From contig NW_021835274.1 in assembly GCF_006345805.1 (NCBI RefSeq), positions 1 to 41,317 on the forward strand: a stretch of 41,317 bases of DNA. The letters run 5' to 3'. The position numbers were made by a program, and so were the translations under genes. This document shows, one piece after another, positions 12,150-25,983 of this stretch. The notes under the pieces are model-generated. The model made no database searches, was not told the origin of the DNA, and saw only the letters and a program-made list of their open reading frames with translations. The DNA comes from Octopus sinensis. Its lineage: Eukaryota. Within the stretch, counting starts at the first letter, position 1; each line of letters begins with the position of its first letter.

Positions 12150-12325
12150 CCGTAGGGCCGAATTGCTTAGGAGTTCGCTTTCCAACCATGAGGTCCCTGA
12201 CTCTGTCCCAAAGCAAGCGTGGAATCCGAGGCAATTACTCTTTTCTATAGTCTCGGGTCAACCTACAGTATACCTTGTGAAGGAAAATGAGACAGAAACT
12301 GCACAGAAACCCGTCGGATGGGTTG
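12150..12325 (+). mobile_element. Highly diverged 5' half of SINE family C
   Basis: Residual TCCAACCATG, CTATAGTCTCGGG, CCTTGTGA and GAAACTG...AAACCCGTC lie in the family C order. Confidence 0.55.
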
Positions 12326-12658
12326 TACTGATAAAAACTTGTTACAAGTTTATTATTTAACTACATCTGGATGCGTGTAGGTTCATGTTTGATAGCATAC
12401 TCATGTATTGTTTATAACAAAAAAAAAAAGAGAAGAGAAAAAAAGAAGGGAAAAAAGGAAGATGCACATATAATATATAACTTAGAAGCAGCGCTAAGGA
12501 TGTGCCTGCACACATGAGACTGAGACATGGCCGACCTCATGCAATTCTCATGAGGAATTCCGGAAGGAGCATTGTGAGACCACTGCCTAGACGCTTCCGT
12601 AAAAGAAAAAAAGAAAAGCCGTTGGAAAACCGATTATAGCAGCGACTCCATCAAAGAA

Positions 12659-12692
12659 TATCTGAAGAAGGAATTTTATTCCGAAATATTAT
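12659..12692 (+). ncRNA. Minimal hammerhead-ribozyme-like motif (Penelope type), probably decayed
   Basis: CTGAAGA-A-GGAAT-TTT-ATTCC-GAAA-TATT has the full core order and a perfect 5-bp stem II. Stem I is only 2 bp. Confidence 0.45.
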
Positions 12693-12862
12693 CAGACAAC
12701 GGATGACTAAATTACAACAGGTATATAGCCCGTTGTTTGTATTAAAATGCATTGTTGTACCATTCAAAACATTTTACTCTTTACAGACACACACCTACCC
12801 ACACTCTCTCTCTCTCACACACACACAGACACACACACTCTGACACACACATATATATATAT

Positions 12863-13344
12863 ATCACTTTGATCACTTTGACCGACCAGTCCGTCAGGCG
12901 TCCATTTGACACCGCTGGTCACAGCACGCTGTCCACTCCTCTCTGGATCACGCTTTTCTCATCCACGTGATCCCAATCGTCTTCTTGAAATCGTCACTCC
13001 ACCGTCGTGGAGGTCTTCCGGGTGGTCTTTTCCGCTCACGCGGGTACTACTCGATAACTGCGTGCGTCCACCGATTATCGGTGAGCCGGGCGACGTGTCC
13101 AGCCCATCTATACTTGCTGCGAGTATACCCTGCGATGACATCTCTCACGCCGGACATCTTTCTGATGATCTTGTTATTTATGTGCTCTCTCATCGAGATA
13201 CCAAGCATTGACCTTTCCATGGCTCTTTGAGCCGTTATCAGTCTTTGCTCTTCTCTCTTTGCGGTAGCCCATGTTTCCCTACCATATAACATAGCAGGCA
13301 GAACTGCACTGTTAATGAGGTTTGCGCGGGTGGTCCTGTCCAAC
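12863..13344 (-). mobile_element. RTE-clade LINE, 3' fragment
   Basis: Encodes AVLPAMLYGRETW..QRAMERSMLGI..RWAGHVAR..GRPPRRWSD (RTE RT C-terminus) with in-frame stops. Short CAAAGTGAT x2 tail. Sits within (TA)n. Confidence 0.9.
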
Positions 13345-15214
13345 ATATATATATGTGTGTGATAATTTGGCAGTATTTTCTACACCGAGTAACTAAATTG
13401 GTGAAATGTCCACGACATAAGATAGTGACTTCAGTGTGCAAATGGGAAGCAGTGATCATTACTTCTGGAAAAGATATTAAAGAACTAAATTGTTTGTTTT
13501 TGAGATGATAAGGAGTCACTTGGAACGTCAGTTTGGTGGGGACTGGTGAGGATAATGTGCAGGTATATCGCATTAAAGTCACTCGTATGTGGTAAGTTGT
13601 GGAGTGAAGTGAAAACTGAAACCACATTGCTGTCTAGATTTGTCTAGAAATGCCTTAATCAGTGCACGCACCCATCACAGAAAAGTGAAACACAAATAAA
13701 ATTTACTCGGACTTGTTACTGCTTGTTGAACTGATGTCTCTAACTAATCTTAATGTTAATTAATGGATCTCTTAAGTGCTTTACATTTTCTCTGTATTTG
13801 CTATTTTTCAATACGTCTTGCTTTCATTCATTACGCAACTATCAATGCATTCAATTAGTTAAATGTTAAATTAGAATTTTAATTTTTTACTTCAGAAATT
13901 CACTCTAAGCGGCCATTATCCCTTGTTGTATGGAAATACCGTAATATTTTTCTTTTATCTAACCGTTATGTTGAGAACTTTTGACAAAATTACAGCAAAA
14001 CGTGATTTTAATACTCAGCAGAAGCTATTTCGCTTCGTATAAGAATACAATACTCCCACATTCCAATATTCACTAAAATAGGAAGACTTTGCGCCTTATC
14101 AAATCGAAAGTATGGCAATGGTGTCTTGGAATATGTTTCGCGTTTAGCTGACGCTAATATACTGTAGTTATATCAGTAATAAACTTGATAAATGCATGAG
14201 CATTAAAAAGTATCATACACTATCCACAAAATCTAAGTTTATTGAAAGGACATATTTGTTTTTGAAATGTTATTGAAATATAAGATAGTGTACAGTGGCA
14301 GAAGCAGCTATGGCAGAAATACACCAAGCTAATGCATTTCATTATTTACTTTAATGTCGATTTAGTTCCGTGATAAAGACCTTTCCGAGCCGCATTTTGG
14401 TGTGGTAGACGAAATCTGTTTCCGTGTGGTAGGCGATATCTGATACCCAGTTTATAACCACCTGTTGTTTCTTGAATGCTTTTAGCGTAATATTCTGCTC
14501 AATATCACAGCATATTTGTCGATTATACAGCCAAGACAAGTTTCATGTGGCGTTAGCTCTTATACCTGTATTTATTCCTCGAGGATGGGTCTTGCGGTTA
14601 AACGCCAAACATTTCTTCTCTGGAGAAAAGGCATTTCAAGTTGTGAGTTAAAGAAACTCTTTAAGTGTGCTTATCTGTAATCAAGACAGTAATTCTAATG
14701 CTCTACACATACAGTTTTCTTAATTGTAGTATATCTGTCTTTTGTTGCTAAAGGAATGTCTTTAATTTTTGTTTTGTATTTTGCTGGTTTTGCGAGAGAA
14801 CGAATGAATGAATGAACGAATGAATGAATGAGAATTGTGTAGCTTGAAATTGTCATAGGTTCGTCGTAGAGTGAAAATTTTCGCCAGAAGGACCTGGAAA
14901 GGAAGGACTAGGAAAAGTGCTTAAGACATACGCAGGTGGACGGGAGGGGAATGAAATAACATAGAAATGGCGTGAGAAAGAGAATGTTCGTAACATTGAT
15001 TCATACTGGGATTATTGGATTATGTTCAAACGTTTGACGGGTTATTTCCCGCTATGGATCTAATCAATTGAAGTAAACGTAGAGATATCCAATAAAAATA
15101 ATTATATTCAACGTGCTGAGAATCATCACAAAATCTTTCCCGCTTCTTAATTGGCTACGTTACTAAGGATTTCTGAATGAAGTGAGACTTCAAAGTTCAC
15201 CACGATAAAGATAT

Positions 15215-15260
<46 letters not shown>

Positions 15261-16313
15261 CAAATATACATATATATATATATACATATATATATAGGTT
15301 CTTAACAAAACATACTTTCCAATTCATTACATCAATATGAAACTCCTTATTTTTTCTACTTCATTCTCTCCTTTTCTCTTTACTCTCCATCCTTTTCCTC
15401 CTTCCCTCTGTCTCCAATTTTCTTTATCTTCATAACACTACAACAAACCTTTCCCATCACAACACCAGTACAAGTCTAATACCAAAAATTATATTTAAGA
15501 ACTTAGAGTACTACAGCCCCTTTAAATAATGAATGGTACTAATTGCATAGAGAATGAAGAAAGAGAAAAGTTCAGTTAAATTAGTACATGGGGAAATTAT
15601 CAAAATCAGAACAGGTAGAGAAAAAAAAAGAAAATATCGCTATAAAAATGATAGGGAAAATAACAAAAAAGCTACAGTGATGAAAGGGTTTAGATGAGCA
15701 AAAATAATTGGTTGAAGCAATACACGGCAAATGTGAGAACAGAGATTGCGATAAGATTGGAAACTGTCAAAACATTAACAACAGCAAGAATAAGATTTAA
15801 AAAAAAAAGAAGAGTAAAAATATAAAAGTAATGTTTAATACTAGAAAATTGGAAAGAAAAATAAAACTTCCAAAAAAAAAAATGCGAAATAAAATGAAGA
15901 CTAAATGGCATATCCCATCAATAACGTGATTAATAAAAAAAAAATATCAGAAGAATGTTTATTACTAAAAGTTTTGGTTTGTTTGTGTTTATATCATTTG
16001 TGTTTTCGTTTAAAGGATCTGTTAATATCTCAAAACTAAGAAAAAAATTCATGTGAATTTGGTTTTTGCGTTGAAGCAATTGGATTAAATGGCGTGGAAG
16101 AGAGTCAGCAATGTATATGCGTTAAAATGAATACGCTAACGTTTAGAATTATGTATAGACGCACGTCAGTTTTCAATATAAATAGCTACTAAATGATATT
16201 ACGCTTCCAACCATGTAATATCTATAAGCGTATCAAAGATAATATTTCCCTTGCCATAAAATCCATAACAACATTACATCAAGGGATCAAGTTTGAGATG
16301 CTTGCCTTACGCA

Positions 16314-16630
<317 letters not shown>

Positions 16631-16845
16631 TCATTTTCGAAAATTATTTCATGGGATTGTTTTTATCGATCAGATTCAAAGCAAAGCGGAAAAATAATGT
16701 GAAATATGAGATTTCAATCTGTTGAATTCAATAACTTATGAAATGCATTATTTTTCATGAATTTTTTTTTCTAACAAGAAACGAAAAAAAAAAAAAAATC
16801 AAAATTTTGTCACGTTATTTTGCAATGCAAGAGAGCAAGTATTAA

Positions 16846-16883
<38 letters not shown>

Positions 16884-17185
16884 ACGGCGGTAGAATACAC
16901 ATAACAATTGGCAACACAACATTCCCAACAGTCTGGAAATATTCCTCAGCATGCACGCAATATTTTCTCTACTCTGCATACTGTTTGTGCATTTCCAATT
17001 TTAATCGGTTGGGACTTCAGTGCATCAACCTATTTAAAATGTTTTTCTGTTATTTTGAGTTACTGCCCTTGTCTTTGTTTTATTACTATTTTTTTTTAGT
17101 CAGGAGGTAAGGCTGTGTTCATGACCCTTTTCGCGAATTCTGTGACTGGTAGGAGAGAGGGTAAAAGGACGGTATCCTCAAACTG

Positions 17186-17391
17186 CACGCCAGGCAAAAT
17201 GCTTAGCGGTATTTCGTCTGCCGTTACGTTGTGAGTTCAAATTCCGCCGAGGTCGAATTTGCCTTTCATCCTTTCGGAGTCGATAAATTAAGTGCCAGTT
17301 ACGCACTGGGGTCGATGTAATCAACTTAATACCTATGTCTGTCCTTGTTTGTCCCCTCTGTGTTTAGTCCCTTGTGGGTAATAAAGAAATA
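17186..17391 (+). mobile_element. SINE family A, long-tail variant, 5'-truncated
   Basis: Perfect 15-bp TSD GGTATCCTCAAACTG at 17171-17185 and 17392-17406. Confidence 0.9.
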
Positions 17392-17903
17392 GGTATCCTC
17401 AAACTGGAAGTCTAGCCCGAATATTTGCAACAAAGATGCTTCTGTTAAAGATACCAAAGGTGGCAGGTGAGGTGTTAAACTAGGCGGCGGATTAAGTCTA
17501 CCAGTAGGACAGCATTTCTACTCAGAATTAATTTCGTAACTCAACCAACCTGCGTTCTTAAAGGTCCACCAATCCAAAGTCGTGAACAGGTACTTCTTAA
17601 GCGACCACGAAAGGACGAAAGGGGAAGTTAACCTCGGTCCGATTTGAATTCAGACCTCAGTGAGTCGGAACACGTAGAAGAGGTTATTTTATCCGACGTT
17701 CTAACGACACTACCAATTCAGGCCTAGTTAGGTTTGATTTCAACATCGTTCATTATTCAAATAAAATTCTGGTACCGATAGAGTCTTGGGTAATTAAAGG
17801 GATCTTGTTGGCCCCATCAAGTCTGTTAGCGTTTACTTTGCTGTTTAATATAGATTTAGAATATTTGAAGAAGTTGCGGTCTTGAAGCAGGAATTAACAT
17901 TAA

Positions 17904-18255
17904 CCCCTTACCGAACAATTATTTTGAAAATAAATGTATTTTTTCAGACATATTTTTTAATTGTTTTATTTTACTATGTTTTGAATGGTGATTTCGAGGT
18001 ATATTTCAAACCTTATTTATTATGAATTTTAATTTTAAATATGCTCGTATATCTTAAAAAAGAGTTTATAATAGACGAAGGAACTTAAGTATATTTTAAA
18101 TATACTCGTATATGTCAAAAAATAGTTTATAATAGACGAAGGAACTCGTTTGCTGTCGATTTTGGCGAGTCTATCTTTTGACGAGTTAACTCGCCCGAGA
18201 TAGAAAAAAATGATTTCGGTCAAAACGTATATATTCGTTTCTGCCGGGTAAGGGG
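17904..18255. mobile_element. piggyBac-like MITE
   Basis: TTAA|CCCCTTACC...GGTAAGGGG|TTAA, with TTAA at 17900-17903 and 18256-18259. Internal 61-bp tandem duplication at 18032-18146. No ORF. Confidence 0.7.
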
Positions 18256-18388
18256 TTAACTTGAAAAATGAAAATACTAATTTCGGGGCTACAGAATTTG
18301 TAGAGGAAAGCAGAAAAGGATTCGTTTCTTATTCATCGATTTCCTTAACTACAGGACAGTACGGCTATTAATTTTATTAAACTCGATA

Positions 18389-18797
18389 GGCGCAGGAGTG
18401 GCTGTGTGGTAAGTAGCTTGCTAACCAACCACATGGTTACGGGTTCAGTCCCACTGCGTGGCATCTTGGGCAAGTGTCTTCTGCTATAGCCCGGGGCCGA
18501 CCAATGCCTTGTGAGTGGATTTGGTAGGACGGAAACTGAAAGAAGCCCGTCATATATATGTATATATATATATATGTGTGTATGTGTTTGTGTGTCTGTG
18601 TTTGTCCCCTTAGCATTGCTTGACAACCGATGCTGGTGTGTTTACGTCCCCGTAACTTAGCGGTTCGGCAAAAAGAGACCGATAGAATAAGTACTAGGCT
18701 TACAAAGAATAAGTCCTGGAGTCGATTTGCTCGACTAAAGGTGGTGCTCCAGCATGGCCGCAGTCAAATGACTGAAACAAGTAAAAGAGTAAAGAGT
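18389..18797 (+). mobile_element. SINE family C
   Basis: Complete head, internal (TA)/(TG) tract and tail. Confidence 0.9.
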
Positions 18798-18995
18798 AGA
18801 GGGAGATAAATTAGCAGTTTCACCTATTATGAAGTAAAATCTAAAAATGTACAGAAACATTACGAAATAACTGCTATCCATCCACTGTTCTCGTGATATT
18901 ATCCCAAATAGCGCTACAATCACATATTAAAACAAAAGCAACGAATAACAACGACAACATCAATTGTTACAGTGTTTCTAATATATGCGCAGGAG

Positions 18996-19418
18996 GGCGC
19001 AGGAGTGGCTGTGTGGTAAGTAGCTTGCTAACCAACCACATGGTTCCGGGTTCAGTCCCACTGCGTGGCATCTTGGGCAAGTGTCTTCTGCTATAGCCCC
19101 GGGCCGACCAATGCCTGTGAGTGGATTGGTAGACGGAAACTGAAAGAAGCCTGTCGTATATATGTATATATATATATATGTATGTGTGTGTATGTGTTTG
19201 TGTTTGTGTGTCTGTGTTTGTCCCCCTAGCATTGCTTGACAACCGATGTTGGTGTGTTTACGTCCCCGTTACTTAGTGCTTCGGCAAAAGAGACCGATAG
19301 AATAAGTACTGGGCTTACAAAGAATAAGTCCCGGGGTCGATTTGTTCGACTAAAGCGGTGCTCCAGCATGGCCGCAGTCAAATGACTGAAACAAGTAAAA
19401 GAGCAAAAGAGCAAGAGC
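18996..19418 (+). mobile_element. SINE family C
   Basis: Complete copy. Probable TSD ATGC(G/A)CAGGA at 18985-18994 and 19419-19428. Confidence 0.9.
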
Positions 19419-19424
19419 ATGCAC

Positions 19425-19730
19425 AGGACTTGAAATTTCGACGGAATTGATTATATCGATCCCAGTGTTTAACTGGTACTAATTTTATCAACTCCGAAAG
19501 AAGGCAAAATCGACCATGGCAATATCTGATCTCAAAACGCACAAGCGGAAGAAATGCTGCTAACAGTTCTGCCAGCGGGATGCCTTTAACATTGACTTCA
19601 AACTTTAGCACAAAGTCAACACGTTCAAGAGAAAGGGCTAGTCGATTGCATTGACCCTAGTACTCCACTTCTGCTTATTTTTTCGATCCGAAAATAATTG
19701 AAAGGCAAAGTCGACCGCGGTAGAATTTGA
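19425..19730 (-). mobile_element. Two degenerate SINE family A fragments
   Basis: AACTGGTACTAATTTTATC..AAGGCAAAATCGACC and GAAAGGCAAAGTCGACCGCGG match the reverse complement of the family A centre. Confidence 0.6.
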
Positions 19731-19989
19731 TCAATAATTATATTAGCATCAACCTTGTATCGCAAAATTTTATCCTGGATAAAAAAAAAAAAAAACCATC
19801 TTCGGGAAATAAATTCTACACACTTTTGAGTTTTTCTTATACTTAAGAAATTCAATTTAAATCCCACCAAAGTCAGTTTTGTTTTTTGTCCTTTCGGAAT
19901 AGATAAAATGAAGTACCAGTCCTAACCGGTGTGTTAGTGGATTTCTTATAACGTCGGTTGAGTTGTATTGCATTATTAATTCCGTCTGT

Positions 19990-20203
19990 AAGGTAACGAG
20001 TTGGCAGAGTTGTTATCACGCCGGCCAGAATGCTAAAGGGTATTTCGTCTGTCTTTAAGTTCTGAGTTCAAATTCCGTCGAGGTCGACTTGCCTTTCTTT
20101 CATCCTTTTGGGGTCGATAAAACTGGTACCAGTTGAGGACTGGGATGGATGTAATCGACTTACCCACTCTCCCGAAATTTCCTGTGTCAAACTTTGAAAA
20201 CAA
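19990..20203 (+). mobile_element. SINE family A, short-tail variant
   Basis: Head, centre and tail present. TSD TATTAATTC(C/T)GT(C/T)TGT at 19974-19989 and 20204-20219. Confidence 0.8.
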
Positions 20204-23200
20204 TATTAATTCTGTTTGTCTGCTTTCAAAGTTAAAATCTTTGGAGTTCAAATACTAAAGCGCTGGACTAAATGTTTTGATAGATTTATGTTTTGACATT
20301 CAACATTGTGAATTAAAATTACACCGGATTTATAAAAAATTTACATTAATCAAATACCATACACCTGTTCATTATATAAAATTAACGAAGAAAAAGAGTA
20401 GTGGTGATTGAAGTAACAGAGCACTTGACTGACAGCATTCTCTTAGTTGATTAATCTTCTGTATGAGGTTTTATTTCAAATACTGCTGAGTTTAAGATTT
20501 GCTTTCGTTTCTCGGGTTACAATAAAAATGTTGTACCAATTGCATACGTCTATCAAGTGACTTGATAGATAAAGTAGCACTCATATCCGCAATATATTAT
20601 AGAGCCTCATCTTTTGGTAGTCAGCAGTAAATTACTTGATATACTTTTCAGCTTTCTATAAGTCGTATCTACTTTATCAATCCACGAAGGATTTCAGGAT
20701 TTCATGTTTGTTACTGTCATCCTCAATAGGTCGATCTATTGTTGCATACATTTCTGTTCTTGCTGGTTTGTTTTGCATTTATCGATGTTCTCTATTTAAT
20801 ATTAAATCCGTATCCGTAATCACGTTATAATCCCACCATTGATACAGTATCATCAACAACTCATTACAGTTATGCGTCATTCATCCACGTAATGCCGATT
20901 TGTTAGAGCGTTCACTTTTTCATCACATGATTAACCATGCTAGAGTAGAGACAAGGTAGCAAAACAAAGCCTTGCTTAACGACATTTCTATAGCCTTGAT
21001 CGAATCTCTGTCGTGTATAAAGTTTTAATGCGTTTAACAATTTTGTTAGATACTTTATATCATATGACTATCTTTCACGAGGCATCTCCTTCACCCTGTC
21101 AGAGCCTAAACTTCATTATACGAAACACATATTACATTACTTCAAGGTTGTCGCATTCCGATATTTCAACCGCTTCTATCCAATACAACTGTTTACAACA
21201 AATGAATACATGAAGCAATTACGTAAACGATACAGCAATAAACAGTTACAGGAGAAACAATGAAATCAGCCACAAATATACAAAGTCGATTGCATAATAA
21301 TGTTCATTTCTCTAAAAGCATAATTACTTTGAGCTTCGTCAATAACGAAAAGAGTTTGGAAACTGATAAAATACTAAGACGCCGATTTGTTATATTTAAT
21401 TTTGACACCCTACATTCCAAGTTCAAATTTCACCAGATTGATAAAATAAGGATTTAACGAAATGGAATATATCCATTCTTCGTAAAGGAAATTATTAAAA
21501 TACAGAAATAAAGGCAGTTGTTGATGGCTAAAACAAAAGAGAATTTGGTTAAAGGCATTACTTAAGTTGGCTTTTATCTCTATCAGTTTCTATTTCAAAT
21601 ACCGCTGCGTTCAAAGTTGCATTACGCCCCTCCAGAGTCAATAAAATATGTACAATAATATTTATGGTCGAATTTAGTCAAATGAATTCTAACTTGATAC
21701 GTAACTAAAAAAAAAAAAGAAAACAATCTCGATAATTTAGAAAAGAAGACACCGAAGCCAACTATGCCTTTCATCCTTCCAGGGTCGATATAACGAATAC
21801 CTGTCAAACATTGAGGTTGATGTACTTGACTAATCCCTTCACCGATCTTAAAAAAGTGGTGGCCTTGTACCAAAATTTGAAACGATTAGTAAAATATTCG
21901 TAAAGAGGACGTTTATGATGACTTAAGAGCAGAACCGAATTATCCGCTGCGAGAAATTCGATACAAAATATTTCTGGGATTGAATTCCGTGCTGATCATC
22001 TATGTTTTCCTTTCTATATCAATCACTGACTAACTTTCTGTTTATTTTAGGAAAACACAAAAAGAAAACAGAAAAGAAAAGAAACAACATCAGATGAAAT
22101 TGCTGTGAACATGAAATAACATAGAAGCTGCAACCTGGTCGGTTGACGAATTAAATTATAGTAGCAAAGTCTCCTTCAAATTGCATCTGCTATCTAGACA
22201 AAAGACACATTGGACAATATATGAGCTGATATAGAAAATACGGGACGGACTTGGCAAGAACTTATTTTATCATATGTCTGTTAGAATATAGCTTGACTAT
22301 GCTGAACAACAATAGCAATAATAAAAAAATTCGTTCTTGCCAAAACAACACAAATTGCATGTATTGGCGAAGAGAAATTAAGAAGAATGACATTCATTCG
22401 TTGCTAATCCTAACAATATAGTCTGTAGGAATATAAAGAGACTATTAGCAACTGGGAATCGAAAGAGCGGCTGTGACTTGGTTCGCCGGTGGACATGAAT
22501 ATCGATGACCTTACAAACTCTTCTGCGTCATATTGCAGCTATGCGTCATATTTCAAAATGACAGATTTGGATCTTGTTTTAGCAATTCAGCTGCAGCAAA
22601 TTTAGATTCCTGAAAATTATACACATCAAAAGAATGATTTATGTCTGTAATGGCTAAGTTAAGTCTTTGTTTGCAAATCTTCTTTGTTGCAAACATCTAC
22701 GTTGCCAATATCTCCACACATTCCTTCGTTCATTTAAACTTTCCTTATTATTTCTCACACGGATTTTTACAACACGACGTTCCAGCTATGTAATACATTT
22801 ATTTCATAGTCTTTCTCATCTATTGGTTCGGAGCTGGAATACCAATAAATTACAACTTAAAAGTATACGAGTTGAGGCGGATAAGAAATTCCCAGTTTCC
22901 CAATATAATTGATATTGATCTACGATAATTTAGTAAAAGGCAATAAATTATTGATTTAATTATCTAATTTTTAATGTAAGGGAATGGTGTTGCCAATATA
23001 TATTTTGGACATATAATTTATAATCACCTGATTTATATCAGATCTGATAATTGGAATGGTTTTCCTACTTGATGCCGTGAAAGTCTCTTACAACAGGTGG
23101 CATTTAGATATAATTCATGTGTGCTGCTTCTATTCTGGTATTGTTTGAATTTTTAAAATTATTGCCTTGTACTGATAGAATTAACACAAGTAAATCAGTT

Positions 23201-23446
23201 CGCCTCACTGGTAAGGTATGTGTAGTGATAACTGATATCCAAATATTGCAGCTCAGATATGTACTGTTGCATTTAGTATTTAATGTTATATATTGTTGAC
23301 ATATTTCTCAATATTTTTTTCATATTGATACTCTAGAATATTTGAATGTCAGCAATGTTAATGAAGGATTGTTTTCGGTTTTAGTTCTTTAAAAATTGTT
23401 AGGTCATTATCACCAACCTTTTCCTTGTAACAGTAAAGTATATATG

Positions 23447-23833
23447 GTGGAGGCGCAATGGCCCAGTGGTTAGGGCAGCGGACTCGCGGTCGTAGGATCG
23501 CGGTTTCGATTCCCAGACCGGGCGTTGTGAGTGTTTATTGAGCGAAAACACCTAAAGCTCCACGAGGCTCCGGCAGGGGATGGTGGTGATCCCTGCTGTA
23601 CTCTTTCACCACAACTTTCTCTCACTCTTACTTCCTGTTTCTGTTGTACCTGTATTTCAAAAGGCCGGCCTTGTCACTCTCTGTGTCACGCTGAATATCC
23701 CCGAGAACTACGTTAAGGGTACACGTGTCTGTGGAGTGCTCAGCCACTTACACGTTAACTTCACGAGCAGGCTGTTCCGTTGATTCGGATCAACCGGAAC
23801 CCTCGTCGTCGTAACCGACGGAGTGCTTCCTTA
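23447..23833 (+). mobile_element. SINE family B, full length
   Basis: Near-identical to 9126-9510. 12-bp TSD AAAGTATATATG at 23435-23446 and 23834-23845. Confidence 0.92.
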
Positions 23834-23901
23834 AAAGTATATATGAAACTCTATTTAGAGATGTTAAATGATCTTTCATATATATATGTATATATATGTA
23901 A

Positions 23902-24117
23902 CAATGAACATATTATCAAAGAGTTGTTCGGCTACGCACGAACACACCCGTCGCCCGTCATTTCCGCTTGGCCAACCACTCCACATCTAATATCTCCGTT
24001 TTTAGCATCACCCTGCATCACAGGCCTACACACTCGCGACTCCGCCTGGAACAACGTTACATTTTCAATCTACAAACACAAATTTTTCCCGGACTCTACA
24101 CATCCCCGTCCTTTTAA
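23902..24117 (+). mobile_element. Penelope-like element fragment (GIY-YIG endonuclease C-terminus)
   Basis: The frame from 23923 reads VVRLRTNTPVARHFRLANHSTSNISVFSITLHHRPTHSRLRLEQRYIFNLQTQIFPGLYTSPSF*. This fits the PLE pattern PVARHF..H..EQ..IF.L.T..P.GL. Not in the ORF track. Confidence 0.7.
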
Positions 24118-24646
24118 CGACTGTCTTTACAAACGCCTTAAAAAAAGCAACTTATTTTATTTTATTTTATTTTATTTTATCCTCTCTTATACCCACTTAC
24201 TTTTTTACACTGTCACCCCTTTTTTCGATTTTTTATCGTTTTCTTTTCGTCGAATTATTTAACCTTTTAATTGCATTAATTTTTTTTTATAATTGCATTA
24301 ATTTCAATTTTATCCCTTTAAGTTTAATTATTTTATTTATTATTTTTTCATCTTGTATCTGTTATTTTCTGTAATTTTTATTCATGTTTTAATTTTTACA
24401 TCTTGTACCCTACCTTTTTCCTCTTTTTATCGATCTTATTTTATCATATTATATTTTATTTCTGTATACACACGGACATACACACACGCACACTCGCTCA
24501 CACACGAACACACATATACCTTCCACACACACCACACACATACACACGCACACACGAGCATACACGCACATATGCCTCCATACACACAACCCCACGCATA
24601 CACTGATATACACACACGCACATACACGGACACACACTCACGCACA

Positions 24647-24691
<45 letters not shown>

Positions 24692-24698
24692 ATATATA

Positions 24699-25983
24699 TT
24701 AAGTCATCTCATAAATAATACGGTTTTTCAATTGCATGAACTAAAAGTCGGAGGGGGACGGGATAAACTACCTGCATCAACTTGCCATAAAAGCAGGTAG
24801 TAATTTTACCTTGTACTTATTCTTAGTGAACGTTTTGAAGAGTGCAGTTCGATTTTAACAGTTAATTTTTCAAAGCTATAATGGAAGTGACAAAGGAGCA
24901 TATTCGGCATATTTTGTTTTATGAGTTCAATAAAGGTAACAAAGCAATGGAAAGTGCGAGGAATGTTAATGCAGTATATGGGGATCGGTCAATAAGCGTA
25001 AGCCAGTATCAACGGTGATTCCAGAAATTTCGAGCTGGAAACTAAAACTTAGAAGACAAGCCTTGTCCTGGAAGAACTGTAAAACTCGACAAAGCGTCAT
25101 GAAAACCCTGGCAGAAAAAAATCCCATCGTAACTGTTGAGCGACTAGTAGAGAAGCTTGGATTTGGTCATTTGAACTATTCATCGACACCTGCCTGCCAT
25201 CGGAAAAGTCAGCAAATTGGATCAATGGGTTCCTCACAAATTTTCCGAATATAATCACGCGCAGAGAGTGAACGTGTGTTCTTCTTTGCTGTCACGCCTC
25301 TCGAATGAAACATTTTGGGACCGAATAGTGACTGGAGACGAGAAATGGGTTCTCTATAAAAATATCAAATGCCGAGGACAGTGGGTAGGGAAAGGAGAAA
25401 GACCGGCACCCCCAAGTTAAAGAAGGTCTTCACCCACGTAAGGGGTGTTATCTGGTGGTATATGAAAAGTTTAGTCCACTTTGAACTTTTAAACCCAAAC
25501 CAAACGATAACAAAGGAGATCTACTGCGAGTAGACCTCCTTTGTTATCTTCTAGTCAGCGCTAGAAGAAAAACGACCATCTTTGGTTTCAAGACGAAAGG
25601 TGTTCTTCCATCGGATAATGCTCCGCCACATACAGCAAGGATGACATTCCAAATGCTGGAGCAGTTTGAGTGGGAAACAATGCTCCACCCACCGTATTCG
25701 CCGGACGTGCTCCATCTGTTTGTCATTTATTCCGCAGTCTTCAATATCACTTGGACGGAAAAAATATGAATTCTGTAGACGAGGTCAGAACAGTAATGGA
25801 GAAGAATTTTTCGTCACGGTCAAATGAATTTTGGAAAAGGGGCCTTGCAAGTCTACCAGATAGATATAAGAGCATTGTAGAAAATGAAGGCGAGTATATT
25901 TTAGATTAAAAAAGAATTTGGTTTATCTTAATTTTAAAAAATAAAACAAGTATAAAAACCGCATTATTTATGGGATGATCTTT
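24699..25983 (+). mobile_element. Full-length decayed mariner transposon (transposase pseudogene 24881-25909)
   Basis: TIRs GTCATCTCATAAATAATACGGTTTTT (within 24699-24728) and AAAAACCGCATTATTTATGGGATGATC (from 25954). Motifs MEVTKEHIRHIL, WVPH, IVTGDEKW, DNAPPH and PPYSPD, disrupted by stops and frameshifts. Confidence 0.93.

Noticed and set aside
14351-14539. 62-aa minus-strand ORF in complex sequence
   Set aside because: No recognisable motif and no fit to the cNMP gene; only a faint, unconvincing likeness to a PLE RT segment.
22022-22120. Strong plus-strand branch point and acceptor (GACTAAC..TTTTAG|G)
   Set aside because: All three frames stop within about 70 nt, and I found no partner exon.
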